Source: a virus (Duplodnaviria > Caudoviricetes). From it: a DNA stretch of 36,129 nt. The DNA lies in IMG/VR virus record IMGVR_UViG_3300027902_000021, positions 1 through 36,129 of that record. The stretch is one strand, 5' to 3'. Below are positions 19,242-28,658 of the stretch, in pieces (the stretch's first letter is position 1; every line of letters begins with the position of its first letter). Under the pieces are notes generated by a model, which saw only the letters and a list, made by a program, of their open reading frames with translations, had not been told where the DNA came from and made no database searches. The translations under genes were made by a program, and so were the position numbers.

Positions 19242-19468
19242 AGTTGATCCTCTTCTAAAAATAAGTGTTGTATTCCTGCTTTGGCAAGGTCTTCAAATTG
19301 TATATTTGCAAACTCTTCTGAAAGTTTATTATGAAAAAAATCAGGAGCACACCAATATATTTCACATGAATGATTGATGTAGTGACTTTGTAATATCCTT
19401 CTTGCAGGAGATTTTAAAATCCGTATAATGTCGCTCATGTCTTTTGCCGGAATAAGAATTACGTTCAT
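19232..19468 (-). CDS. Hypothetical protein
   Basis: 78 aa; operon packing. Confidence 0.55.
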   Translation of the reverse strand: MNVILIPAKDMSDIIRILKSPARRILQSHYINHSCEIYWCAPDFFHNKLSEEFANIQFEDLAKAGIQHLFLEEDQLCP

Positions 19469-19477
19469 GCTCTCACC

Positions 19478-19711
19478 TTAATCCTGAATATAATCAGATT
19501 CGCAATTTTCATGATGGCTCCTGTGAATATCTTGTGCAATGGTAAGAGCCATTCCGCTTAACTCAAAAATTCTGCCATCCGTCCAGCGCGCATGATAACC
19601 GCCGTCTTTATCCGTGTATGCTAAAATACATAGCTTGATATTCCCCTTCTGAAATTCTTCTAAGAGTTCGTCAATCAATGAACCAATATATCCAAAGCGT
19701 TTTACCGACAT
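19478..19711 (-). CDS. Hypothetical protein (77 aa from MSVKRFG)
   Basis: GGAGG RBS before ATG 19711; the longer upstream extension overlaps another gene. Confidence 0.6.
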   Translation of the reverse strand: MSVKRFGYIGSLIDELLEEFQKGNIKLCILAYTDKDGGYHARWTDGRIFELSGMALTIAQDIHRSHHENCESDYIQD

Positions 19712-19986
19712 ACTCTTTCCTCCACAAACTTTTTTATTTCCTTCAAGCTCGACGGCTTCAACAACTCCGCCCTCGTCATCAGGAAGCCCCTGCCCAGGTC
19801 GAGCGTGATGAGCTTCCCCGTGATCGTGACGTACTTCCCCACCTTCACGCCGTCTGGTAGAATCCCATCGCGCCATTTTACGAACAGAGTCCCGGAGGTC
19901 GGGCAGTTCATAAGCGTCTGCCCGTTCCAGAACCCCATCACATAGCCCTGAATGATGATTATGCTTGTGGCATTTTTGTTAAGCAT
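19702..19986 (-). CDS. Hypothetical small beta protein (possibly OB-fold)
   Basis: 94 aa; IIIIQGYV...VKVGKYVTITGKL pattern. Confidence 0.5.
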   Translation of the reverse strand: MLNKNATSIIIIQGYVMGFWNGQTLMNCPTSGTLFVKWRDGILPDGVKVGKYVTITGKLITLDLGRGFLMTRAELLKPSSLKEIKKFVEERVCR

Positions 19987-20296
19987 CCGTCTTTAATATT
20001 CGCTTGTTCGGGAAGTCCTGAATAATCGTCGGCGTGTCCGACCATGCGCTGAACCATTCCTTGTGCAACGGGCTTTTAGGATCAAGTTCGGCAACTACTC
20101 CCTCCGGTAGCTTCCTCACCGTGCCGAGCTTGATACCGATAGTGAATATCATCGGCCCGCTTTGCGCTATCATGGATGATGTGACGATGTATATTGCCTT
20201 ATTCAACCCGCACGGATCGCCGTGCAAATCGTTTACCGCTTCCCCGACCAGCGTTGTTTCCTTCGTGATTATTGCAACTATTTTTTCATCCGACAT
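19979..20296 (-). CDS. Hypothetical protein
   Basis: 105 aa; GTG start with AAGGAG RBS. Confidence 0.6.
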   Translation of the reverse strand: MSDEKIVAIITKETTLVGEAVNDLHGDPCGLNKAIYIVTSSMIAQSGPMIFTIGIKLGTVRKLPEGVVAELDPKSPLHKEWFSAWSDTPTIIQDFPNKRILKTDA

Positions 20297-20630
20297 TTTT
20301 TTCTCCTTTTACAAGTGTATCGAGTTGAGGTTCGTTTGCTTTAAATTTCAGATTGAAGTGCTGATACAGCATGATAATGGCTTTGCTGTGAGGTATGGCT
20401 CGGTGAGTTTGGGCTATCTTTTCTTCCTGTCCACACCATCGGAATATCGTGTGACTTGGTTTGTCGAGGGGAATACATATCGAAGGATCGTAATTCCTTG
20501 CGCGTGTTATTTCTAAAGTTAGCTTTTCCTTCATTCGATTCACCAAAAACCAAAACACTCCCCAACTCGCAAAAACAATAAGAACCGTAATCACAGATGC
20601 AATTCTAACGTCTATCATTTGAAAAACCAT
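20286..20630 (-). CDS. Hypothetical membrane-anchored protein
   Basis: 114 aa; N-terminal hydrophobic helix IASVITVLIVFASWGVFWFLV. Confidence 0.6.
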   Translation of the reverse strand: MVFQMIDVRIASVITVLIVFASWGVFWFLVNRMKEKLTLEITRARNYDPSICIPLDKPSHTIFRWCGQEEKIAQTHRAIPHSKAIIMLYQHFNLKFKANEPQLDTLVKGEKNVG

Positions 20631-21162
20631 CCTTTCTGATTAGAAGTTTTTTAATCAAGTCCTGTTTCATCTGAGGCAATCTCTTTTTGATATGCAGCAC
20701 CCATTGTTCCGCCGCCATACAATCGCCCATAGAAATCTTGCGCCGCTTCAATTCCGTTCCGAAAACGTCCATGAGATAACGCTTCATGATGTAGTCCAGC
20801 TTCGAGCAGACATAGCCTGCGACTTCCCGCGTCATGTTGAATCGTTGCGGACGAGAATACTTTTTTTTAATCTCCGCTTCGCGCTCAAGGATATTGCACC
20901 ACTTCATGAGGTTGTAGTACCGGATAAGAAACCGTTTCATCTTCCCCGGTTTGTGCTTCTTCGGAGGCGGAGGCGGGGCCGAGGGAGCGATGATCTTCAG
21001 CACGGCCTCAATCCGGCGCTGCGTGGTGTCCGACATATCGCCGTCAACTGCGCGCCTCACGGTGTCCCGGTCGAAGCCTATCTCCTTTGCAAGCGCAGAG
21101 AGTGTCCAGCCACCTTCGTACTTCAGCCTCATCAGGCGTTGTGAGATTTCAGTTTGAGTCAT
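20605..21162 (-). CDS. HTH DNA-binding protein
   Basis: WTLSALAKEIGFDRDTVRRAVDG helix-turn-helix; Pro-rich linker; basic C-terminal domain; start chosen at ATG 21162. Confidence 0.65.
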   Translation of the reverse strand: MTQTEISQRLMRLKYEGGWTLSALAKEIGFDRDTVRRAVDGDMSDTTQRRIEAVLKIIAPSAPPPPPKKHKPGKMKRFLIRYYNLMKWCNILEREAEIKKKYSRPQRFNMTREVAGYVCSKLDYIMKRYLMDVFGTELKRRKISMGDCMAAEQWVLHIKKRLPQMKQDLIKKLLIRKDGFSNDRR

Positions 21163-21352
21163 GATCCTGATATTCTCCGCACCATTCATCTGATAACACG
21201 CGAGGCCACCCCGACAATGTTGGGGCATTTCTACGGCACTCTCCTATTGAAACCGACCAAACCCCCTCTTGAACATTTTTATCTTTAAATTCTGGATTAT
21301 CACTCCTTACAAAATCTTTATAGTTTATGCAAGTTCTACAAGTTTTTTTCAT
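21149..21352 (-). CDS. Small Cys-rich phage protein
   Basis: CRTC...GECRRNAP...WPRV...WCGEY pattern common in phage small proteins; coupled to terminase (ATGA). Confidence 0.7.
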   Translation of the reverse strand: MKKTCRTCINYKDFVRSDNPEFKDKNVQEGVWSVSIGECRRNAPTLSGWPRVLSDEWCGEYQDHDSN

Positions 21353-23124
21353 CTCTTCACCGCCACCCCTCTTGTTTTTAGAAAGTCCAGAACGAGGTTC
21401 GCCGTCGGACTGCGCCCTTCATTCTCTTCATCCTTCTTGACCTTCATGTACGTCATACCGCTTTGTATCAACCGCATCTTGCGCCAATTGAGAAATGCCA
21501 TGACTGCGAGAGCTACGGACACCACCCTGTCGTCATTCGCCCCGCCCCGGCCCTCAAGCTGAGCGCCATCCCTCGCAAAGTATTTCGCCTCGTTTATCAT
21601 GTCGCAGGAATGAACGACCATCTCCCCGCGCTCCCACAGGTCCTTCATGCGGTTCAGCATCAATTCCTTCTGTTCGCTCCCGGTCTTCGAGTGGTACGCG
21701 AAGCTCTTGGCGAGCGAGTCTTCCCGCGAGTACAGGAACCAGGAGATGCACGACAGCGCATCCATGACGTTGTTCCGGTCGTTCTTCGGCAAAAGCGCCT
21801 GCCGTTTCTTCACGTTCATCAATTCATTGTGAACCGAATTACCAGGACCTGTGAGTTCGAGGTTAACCATTGTATTGCGATAAGCTCCTGCCAGGTGAAG
21901 AAGAATCCAGGCAAATTGGTCGGTACGGACGCCTGAGCTACAAAACTCTGCCACCTGTACCAATCTGTCTGCGTAGCATCGAAACACTTCACAAACTGAT
22001 TTGTCCGACTCCTCATTGTACCCATAGGCGGGGTCCGCTCCTATCACGTAGATTCCGTTCGGTTTGGGATCTTCCCAAATCTTGAGTTCCGCATTGACTC
22101 TCGTGGTCATGTGTACTTTCGTATCAACGAAGTCCGAACCGAACGTGTACCGCAAACTCTTGTACGGTTGTTTCAGGGCGTATTTATACGCTTCAGTCAG
22201 GTGCATGGAAGAAAAGAATTTATACCCGGTCATGACGAAGCACAGCTCCGGGGTCGGCCCGAACTCCTGATACATCATGTTCAAGTCGCCGTTCATCATC
22301 TCGTTCAACTTCCAGCGCCACCATGCCATCTGCTCGCCGGTGATCTCATGCCCGTACAGCCGCTTGACCTCCGTTACCCACTGCCGTTCATCCGAGGACA
22401 GCTTGCCGTCCCAATACACGCGGTAGATATTTGACTCTTTCGGGATGCTGTATTTCTCGCACATCCACCAGCCGATAAAGATTGCCTTCTGCGACTTCGC
22501 CCGGCTCGCCGTCTCCCACATGTCGAAGAACAGATTGAACCCCCGCGCCGTACTCTCAAACAGGTACAGCCTCTGCGGGTACGTTTCTGACAGGGAAGCC
22601 ATGAACGCCTGAAGCTCATCCTCGTCCGCCCATGACGAACACTCTGTACAGTGGCAGTAATTGATCCCCTTTGCCCGGCCAAGCTCCCCTCCTTCGCGCT
22701 TCTTCCGGGTTCCGGCCGTCATGTACACCATGCGGGACAGGTTCCGCCACTCGATACCAAGCCGGTTGTTTCGGCCCTTCACAATTGGGACTTTCATGCT
22801 CCGGGGCAACGACTCGATGAAATCCAACAGAATAGACCTGAAATAGTCCCGGTTGGAGTCCGTGTCCGTTACCATTGCCCCCTGTATACCGCCATGCTTG
22901 AAGTTCCAATACGGCGTTATGGCAAGGCACTCCGTAGAAATCCCTACCTGACGGCCGCCCTTGAGAATCACAAAGAAGTGTATATCCTGCTCAAGCCCTG
23001 CCGACACCTGCTTTATCAGTTCAATCTGTGATCCCCAATGTTTGAGCGGAACAAGCCCCTCATCCTTCGAGTTGATCGTCAGCCGGGAGCAGAACTCAGG
23101 GAATTTGTCGAATGGATTAGACAT
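21349..23124 (-). CDS. terL: Terminase large subunit
   Basis: 591 aa; Walker A-like ILKGGRQVGIST, Walker B-like HCTE, coupling motif ESTARG, nuclease YVIGADPA and DDRV. Confidence 0.92.
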   Translation of the reverse strand: MSNPFDKFPEFCSRLTINSKDEGLVPLKHWGSQIELIKQVSAGLEQDIHFFVILKGGRQVGISTECLAITPYWNFKHGGIQGAMVTDTDSNRDYFRSILLDFIESLPRSMKVPIVKGRNNRLGIEWRNLSRMVYMTAGTRKKREGGELGRAKGINYCHCTECSSWADEDELQAFMASLSETYPQRLYLFESTARGFNLFFDMWETASRAKSQKAIFIGWWMCEKYSIPKESNIYRVYWDGKLSSDERQWVTEVKRLYGHEITGEQMAWWRWKLNEMMNGDLNMMYQEFGPTPELCFVMTGYKFFSSMHLTEAYKYALKQPYKSLRYTFGSDFVDTKVHMTTRVNAELKIWEDPKPNGIYVIGADPAYGYNEESDKSVCEVFRCYADRLVQVAEFCSSGVRTDQFAWILLHLAGAYRNTMVNLELTGPGNSVHNELMNVKKRQALLPKNDRNNVMDALSCISWFLYSREDSLAKSFAYHSKTGSEQKELMLNRMKDLWERGEMVVHSCDMINEAKYFARDGAQLEGRGGANDDRVVSVALAVMAFLNWRKMRLIQSGMTYMKVKKDEENEGRSPTANLVLDFLKTRGVAVKR

Positions 23125-23260
23125 GCTTATTCTTTACCTTCCATTCCTCGTATTCCTCCTTCGTCAATTCCTTCCCGCAGGTGAAACACTTCCAAGTCTC
23201 TTTCCCGGTAACGAGATACTTAAACCGGCTGAAGCCTGAATCAGTGTGCTTGCAGGTCAT
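23117..23260 (-). CDS. Small zinc-binding protein (47 aa, MTCKH...WKCFTCGKE)
   Basis: Manual translation; AAGGAG RBS; overlaps the terminase start. Confidence 0.6.
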   Translation of the reverse strand: MTCKHTDSGFSRFKYLVTGKETWKCFTCGKELTKEEYEEWKVKNKHV

Positions 23261-23473
23261 GTGACTCCTTTTTTATTTTTGGGGGGGAACCTCAGGAGGG
23301 GTCACCAACCCCCACCCGCCAAGTCCCGACAGGGGGTCATCCGGATCGGGAAAACGATGCAAAAACACCACAGAATTACCATGCGGACGCTGCTGCGGTG
23401 CCTCGATCTGGGGCCCCCGTCCCGTCCTCGCGTCCCTTTTGGGGTTTCCGTGTAATACCTTTGTCGCCCATGT

Positions 23474-23526
23474 ACAGGGAATTATGCCCTGTCAAACTTA
23501 TCCACATCAATAATATCAATGAGTTA
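23474..23526. promoter_or_regulatory. Control cluster: inverted repeat, TTGACA, perfect DnaA box, IHF consensus site
   Basis: ACAGGG-N7-CCCTGT (23474-23492); minus-strand TTGACA (23495-23490); TTATCCACA (23498-23506); TATCAA-TGAG-TTA matching WATCAANNNNTTR (23514-23526). Confidence 0.5.
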
Positions 23527-23853
23527 CTTGACGATTTGACATAATCTTCCTTATCAGCATATCTGCTCATCTGCTATAACATATTGAAATCACTGTCATT
23601 GTTCATAAAATAGCCTTTTCGGGCAATGTCGCAGTTTTGTTATCTCGATTTCTGAAAAAACAAATACTGAGTACAGACTTTCTTCCTTTCCTCATACCTA
23701 TGTAACTTTTAGTAACATACTGAATAATACATATCATATAGAATCTGACGCCCCCGTAGAGACATACCTGATATGCAGGTGGGGATAGTGACAGTTTTTG
23801 TCAGTCATTTTTTGATTGCGCCGCCCCGGTTGCTACATTTTGACATCACCTCC

Positions 23854-24000
23854 TCAACACCACAGATGAAGCAAAATAACAATAGTCCATCCTGCAATAC
23901 CTAATCCTGCATTAGGCTCTGTATTTTTATATCGCCGGGCAGCTATCATCACGGCAGCTCCAACGACAAGAATTAATGTAAGCCAGGTTTTTTCTGTCAT
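23854..24000 (-). CDS. Small two-helix membrane protein (48 aa)
   Basis: MTEKTWLTLILVVGAAVMIAARR...GLGIAGWTIVILLHLWC; AAGGGG RBS; ATGA coupling. Confidence 0.55.
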   Translation of the reverse strand: MTEKTWLTLILVVGAAVMIAARRYKNTEPNAGLGIAGWTIVILLHLWC

Positions 24001-24273
24001 ATCCCCTTATTCGCCTTTCTGCCTGCCATCCAGGTGAGATTCGGATAACGCTTACGCATCGTTGTGATAAATTCACGCTCACATTTGTCAGCTTCTTTCG
24101 GTGGTAGTGTCATTAATTTATCAACGTATTCTTTGCAGTCTTTGCCGATTTGCGTTTTCTGTTCAGGCAGTAGCCCTACCCACGTTTTAAAAATCTTTTG
24201 TGCTGGTTCTGAAGGCAGCCTCAGCGCATCGAGAAATACGAATACGTTGTTATTCAGGCCGCCGTTGTACTCA

Positions 24274-25108
<835 letters not shown>

Positions 25109-25116
<8 letters not shown>

Positions 25117-26272
25117 TCATCACACCTTCACTTAATATTTCCCATGCTGTAGCAGCCACGATTGGAACTTGTCCATTGCCAATGGCTTTAAGTCTGTCCA
25201 CCCGAGAGGCCACTTTGTTCGCTACACGAGGGATGCCATTCTCCCAGCTACCGTCTTTCCAAGCCTTTTGGCCGTAGTATGCCAGAAGTCGTGACAGTGC
25301 TTGCATAACGTCTGAATGTTCTCCTTCTCGTTGTTTTTGATGTTCTGATCCTGATGGTGTGCCTGCAATGCCCTGTTGTACCCGCACGCCTCGCATTTCT
25401 TTTTCAAGTGTTTCCGCGCACGCCATGAATAACCGTGCTTCGTCAGGTCGGTTCGCGTGTTCGCACAACTCAGAGAGCAAAATCGCCGCCTCTTGAATGC
25501 CGACAGGTCTTCCAATCGACCTCGATACCTCTTCCGCAGCATTACCGATCCGCAGTATTCGCATTGCTTCTCTTGTTCTTGTTTCTTTATCATTTGTTCC
25601 TCCCATTAGCCATTGCAGATATTCTACATGACTAATGGGATTTAAGCAAGTCCAATCTTTAGGCCAACCCATCAGACCTTCTACCCACGTCGGGTTCAAC
25701 GATCCACCAACCTCGGCATTCAGGGGCTTCGTGTTGCGTTCCATCTGTGATGGTGCGCCGTTGTTCTTCGCATCCTGCAGTGTTGGCGTGGGCCACATCT
25801 TCACGGCAGTTGTAAGATCTACATCCTTCTTCTCGTCTATTCTCTTTTGCATCCATCGTCTGCTGTGTCGCACTATCCCATCGCAAGCTCTGGCTGTCGG
25901 CCAATTTCGACATGATCCAGATTCGTTTTCGTCTGTGCTTTCCGCCAACGTCGTCAGCCCCAAGGATGAGGGGTCTGCGAACGGAGTAACCAAGTCGCCG
26001 CAAGTCTCTGATGACCACGGGCAGGTACTCGCGTATTCCGGGCACGTTTTCAAGCAGAATGTATCGTGGTCGGATAATCGAAATAGCTTCTGCTGTTGGG
26101 GGCCACATATTTCTTTCGTCTGCTGCTCCTTTTTGCTTTCCGGCGACACTAAACGGCTGACAGGGAAATCCTGCGGTAATGACATCAACCATTCCCGTAT
26201 AGCTTGCGGCGTACCCTTCACTTGAGAATGCTCGGATATCGGTGAAGATGGGTGCTTCTTCGAGGATGCCAT
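25109..26272 (-). CDS. C5 cytosine methyltransferase, second subunit (variable region, motif IX-like, motif X); start uncertain (26314, 26272 or 26185)
   Basis: WPTP repeats, LNPTWVEGLMGWPKDWT (IX-like), RVDRLKAIGNGQVP (X); overlaps the first subunit in another frame. Confidence 0.75.
25222..25593 (-). CDS. Zinc-finger/HNH endonuclease nested out of frame within the methyltransferase second subunit
   Basis: 123 aa; CEYCG...FCSLSC zinc finger; CEACG...LQAHHQDQNIKNNEKENIQTLCKHCHDFWH HNH core; GGAGG RBS 5 nt before ATG. Confidence 0.85.
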   Translation of the reverse strand: MIKKQEQEKQCEYCGSVMLRKRYRGRLEDLSAFKRRRFCSLSCANTRTDLTKHGYSWRARKHLKKKCEACGYNRALQAHHQDQNIKNNEKENIQTLCKHCHDFWHTTAKRLGKTVAGRMASLV

Positions 26273-26402
26273 CTTTGATTCTTTGCGCAATGACTTTTTG
26301 ACAGTATTCATCAATTTCCACGTATCCTATATGCTTCCATCCTAAAAGTAGAGTTCCAAGTAAGCCCCCACCTGCGCCTGTAAAAAGGCTAAGTTCCCTC
26401 AT
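25659..26402 (-). CDS. C5 cytosine methyltransferase, first subunit (motifs I-VIII)
   Basis: LSLFTGAGG (I), GFPCQPFS (IV), LLENVPG (VI), HRRKRIWI (VIII); ends without motifs IX and X. Confidence 0.9.
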   Translation of the reverse strand: MRELSLFTGAGGGLLGTLLLGWKHIGYVEIDEYCQKVIAQRIKDGILEEAPIFTDIRAFSSEGYAASYTGMVDVITAGFPCQPFSVAGKQKGAADERNMWPPTAEAISIIRPRYILLENVPGIREYLPVVIRDLRRLGYSVRRPLILGADDVGGKHRRKRIWIMSKLADSQSLRWDSATQQTMDAKENRREEGCRSYNCREDVAHANTAGCEEQRRTITDGTQHEAPECRGWWIVEPDVGRRSDGLA

Positions 26403-27216
26403 GCATCACCCTTTTCGCCGCCTTCATTTTAGAACCGACAATAGTTTTATTAGCCCATGATCGTTGAAATCTGCGCCATTCCTTATCTTCAATTTTGTTG
26501 TATAACATTGCTTGAGGAAAATATCCGAGGCTTACTACTTGATTTAATCGATTCTCTGCTTCTGAAAACGAATCGTTTGGATAACCTATTAGAACATAGC
26601 ATCCTATTTCGTGATTTCTCAAGAGACCAACTGACCGCAAGAGTTTTGCGGCATTTACCAGCGGTTCGTAATCATCTGGTGTGTCATAAGTAAAATATGA
26701 AAAATCTGGCTTTAATTTTGCTAACCATTCAGCGTGCCACGATGTCATTCTTGCCGCTTCAAGACCGCCCGTGAATCTCGGTTTATGCTTTTGTAGCAAG
26801 AGCATTTCATAAACCGCTGTTTGATGCTGAATAGAACAGGCAAAAATATTATTGTCGAGTAAATTCCAACCATCGTTGATTTTTAATTCTCGTATTGTGC
26901 GCCCTTCATTGCGCCATGCCTTGCAAAACCAGCATGAGTTCGGACAACCTCGGCTTGTGATGACATAGCCCTTTTTTAGAAAACGTCCCGGTTCAAACTC
27001 ACCGCCCCGATCGCCATAAGCAGGACCGCCAACAGTTACCGGAGCGACACATTCCCATTCTTTAGAGAGTTGTTCTGCTCTCTGTTTATCCCACTCAAAC
27101 GCTACAGAAATATGAACTTCATCGGCCTCGTCGAACATATCAGGCAAGCCAAAACGTACAAGTATATCTGTTGGAGTCGCGTTAGTTTTCCGTGGGAATA
27201 CTCTAATTAATCTCAT
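26389..27216 (-). CDS. Radical SAM protein
   Basis: 275 aa; TSRGCPNSCWFC (CxxxCxxC); LLDNN, GGLEA and YVLIGY strand motifs. Confidence 0.8.
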   Translation of the reverse strand: MRLIRVFPRKTNATPTDILVRFGLPDMFDEADEVHISVAFEWDKQRAEQLSKEWECVAPVTVGGPAYGDRGGEFEPGRFLKKGYVITSRGCPNSCWFCKAWRNEGRTIRELKINDGWNLLDNNIFACSIQHQTAVYEMLLLQKHKPRFTGGLEAARMTSWHAEWLAKLKPDFSYFTYDTPDDYEPLVNAAKLLRSVGLLRNHEIGCYVLIGYPNDSFSEAENRLNQVVSLGYFPQAMLYNKIEDKEWRRFQRSWANKTIVGSKMKAAKRVMHEGT

Positions 27217-27320
27217 TTAATTACTACCTTCGCCGCCTTGACAAGCTCGTATAACCGCTGTGGGGGAGTCATCTTATCTAAATCAATTTTTTGCCCTATA
27301 AGCTGTTTTTTCTTATCCAT
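27213..27320 (-). CDS. Small hypothetical protein (35 aa, MDKKKQLIG...)
   Basis: Manual translation; stop overlaps the radical SAM start (ATGA). Confidence 0.35.
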   Translation of the reverse strand: MDKKKQLIGQKIDLDKMTPPQRLYELVKAAKVVIK

Positions 27321-27379
27321 AAGATAGCCCAATATGCCCCTGTAGGTGCGTAGGATTGATTGTAGTGAGTTTAAACCCC

Positions 27380-27556
27380 TTACCTGACCGCTTGCATTGC
27401 CTCGGCCATGGCCCCCTCATTTCTCCGTGAGGCTGAATTCTCAGGCCATACAATAATTGAGCAACCATAAGGTAAAGCATGCCACTTATAATATTCAGCC
27501 ATCTCAACAGTTAATATCTCTGTATGATCTAATATCCAAATTATTCCTGTTCTCAT
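27380..27556 (-). CDS. Small hypothetical protein (58 aa, MRTGIIWILDH...)
   Basis: Manual translation; GAGGGGGG RBS. Confidence 0.4.
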   Translation of the reverse strand: MRTGIIWILDHTEILTVEMAEYYKWHALPYGCSIIVWPENSASRRNEGAMAEAMQAVR

Positions 27557-27589
27557 CTCTCCCCCCTCTCCGCCTCAAAGCAATGATTC

Positions 27590-27844
27590 TCAATAGCCGT
27601 AGCCGTCGCCGGAGCCGTAGCCGGAGCCGTCGCCGGAGCCGTAGCCGGAGCCGTCGCCGTAGCCGTAGCCGGAGCCGTAGCCGGAGCCGTCGCCGTAGCC
27701 GTAGCCGGAGCCGTCGCCGTAGCCGTAGCCGGAGCCGTAGCCGTAGCCGTAGCCGTAGCCGGAGCCGTAGCCGTAGCCGTAGCCGGAGCCGTAGCCGTAG
27801 CCGGAAGTCTGGCTTTCTTCTCCTATGAAAGCTTTGTTTCCCAT
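27590..27844 (-). CDS. Glycine-rich (Gly-X)n low-complexity protein, X = Tyr/Ser/Asp
   Basis: 84 aa; GGAGG RBS; overlaps the upstream gene by 22 nt; 71 residues of strict G-X alternation. Confidence 0.7.
   Translation of the reverse strand: MGNKAFIGEESQTSGYGYGSGYGYGYGSGYGYGYGYGSGYGYGDGSGYGYGDGSGYGSGYGYGDGSGYGSGDGSGYGSGDGYGY
27593..27805. repeat. Hexamer tandem array (GCCGTA/GCCGGA/GCCGTC), about 35 units
   Basis: Direct reading. Confidence 0.95.
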
Positions 27845-28170
27845 TTTTCCTCCGCACAGTCTATTGTGGCTATGACGGTCATTTCGTGGAATTTCAGTGG
27901 AGGAGAAGGATCAAGTACTGTCTTACTTGTTGGGCCTCCATAGGCTATTTCCCCTAAACCCTTCGTTGTTCCCCACACACGAATAATTGAAGCTCTGTTT
28001 AATTCGCAGTTGCTTCCTTCTTGAGAATAATAACCTACTGCTACCCACCCACGCTGAAGGATCACAATGCGAATCTTTCCTGATGGCTTCTGTAATGATT
28101 TAACGCTGTCCTTTCGTACATACTCTACGCTGTTGATAGTTATTGTATTTATTTCGTCTTGTTTTTCCAT
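27823..28170 (-). CDS. Conserved phage protein, DUF6948-like (probable small beta-barrel fold)
   Basis: IVILQRGWVAVG...ASIIRVWGTTKGLGEIA.GGP motif recognised from memory; not verified by search. Confidence 0.6.
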   Translation of the reverse strand: MEKQDEINTITINSVEYVRKDSVKSLQKPSGKIRIVILQRGWVAVGYYSQEGSNCELNRASIIRVWGTTKGLGEIAYGGPTSKTVLDPSPPLKFHEMTVIATIDCAEEKWETKLS

Positions 28171-28173
28171 TTA

Positions 28174-28656
28174 TCAATCCCTCCCTATATGCTTCCAGCT
28201 TTTATTTTTACGAATTGCACTTATCGTCATAAAATTTACTCCATATTTTTTTGCTAAAATTGCCGTAGTCTCTTTGCTTTGTAAAATATGTCTTGCTTGC
28301 GTTTCGGTTAATATAGCCCTCCCATGTTCCTCTCCTTTCACTCGATCTGAATAATTAAACCGATTTCTGTTAATAGCATCTTCTGTGTTGTTTTTATGAG
28401 TTCCGCAATATAAATGATGTTCATTCACACATGAGGGGATATCACAATGATGAAGAATTAACATATCCTTTGGTATAGACCCATTTACTCTTTCCCAAGC
28501 AAATCTGTGAGACGAAATATATCGTTCCCCATTCCAGAATTTTCCATAACCGCGAGCATCACTTCCTCCTATCCATATATGACACCCGCATTCAGGAACA
28601 GGGACAACATATTTTAAAAAACGCTCATCAATCTTAATTGTTTCAGGTTTGCTCAT
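28174..28656 (-). CDS. Free-standing HNH homing endonuclease (HNH_3-type with C-terminal HTH)
   Basis: CHIW...GYG...SHRFAWE..NG.IP...ILHHCDIPSCVNEHHLYCGTHKNN; AAAGGAGG RBS before ATG 28656; paralogue of 9497..9958. Confidence 0.9.
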   Translation of the reverse strand: MSKPETIKIDERFLKYVVPVPECGCHIWIGGSDARGYGKFWNGERYISSHRFAWERVNGSIPKDMLILHHCDIPSCVNEHHLYCGTHKNNTEDAINRNRFNYSDRVKGEEHGRAILTETQARHILQSKETTAILAKKYGVNFMTISAIRKNKSWKHIGRD

Positions 28657-28658
28657 TT

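Noticed and set aside
21349-23124. Terminase Walker B reading HCTE rather than DE, suggesting inactivation
   Set aside because: H-x-[ST]-E variants are common in this terminase group and all other motifs are intact
23854-24000. Two-helix membrane peptide as a holin
   Set aside because: No adjacent endolysin or spanin and it ends the replication operon; not enough support
25635-26225. 196-aa plus-strand ORF opposite the methyltransferase
   Set aside because: Antisense with no motif or RBS; likely a by-product of dual-frame constraint on the other strand
27457-27857. Poly-RS (+) and poly-RL (-) ORFs resembling SR splicing-factor domains
   Set aside because: They are shadow frames of the hexamer array; only the Gly-X frame has an RBS and fits the operon direction and packing
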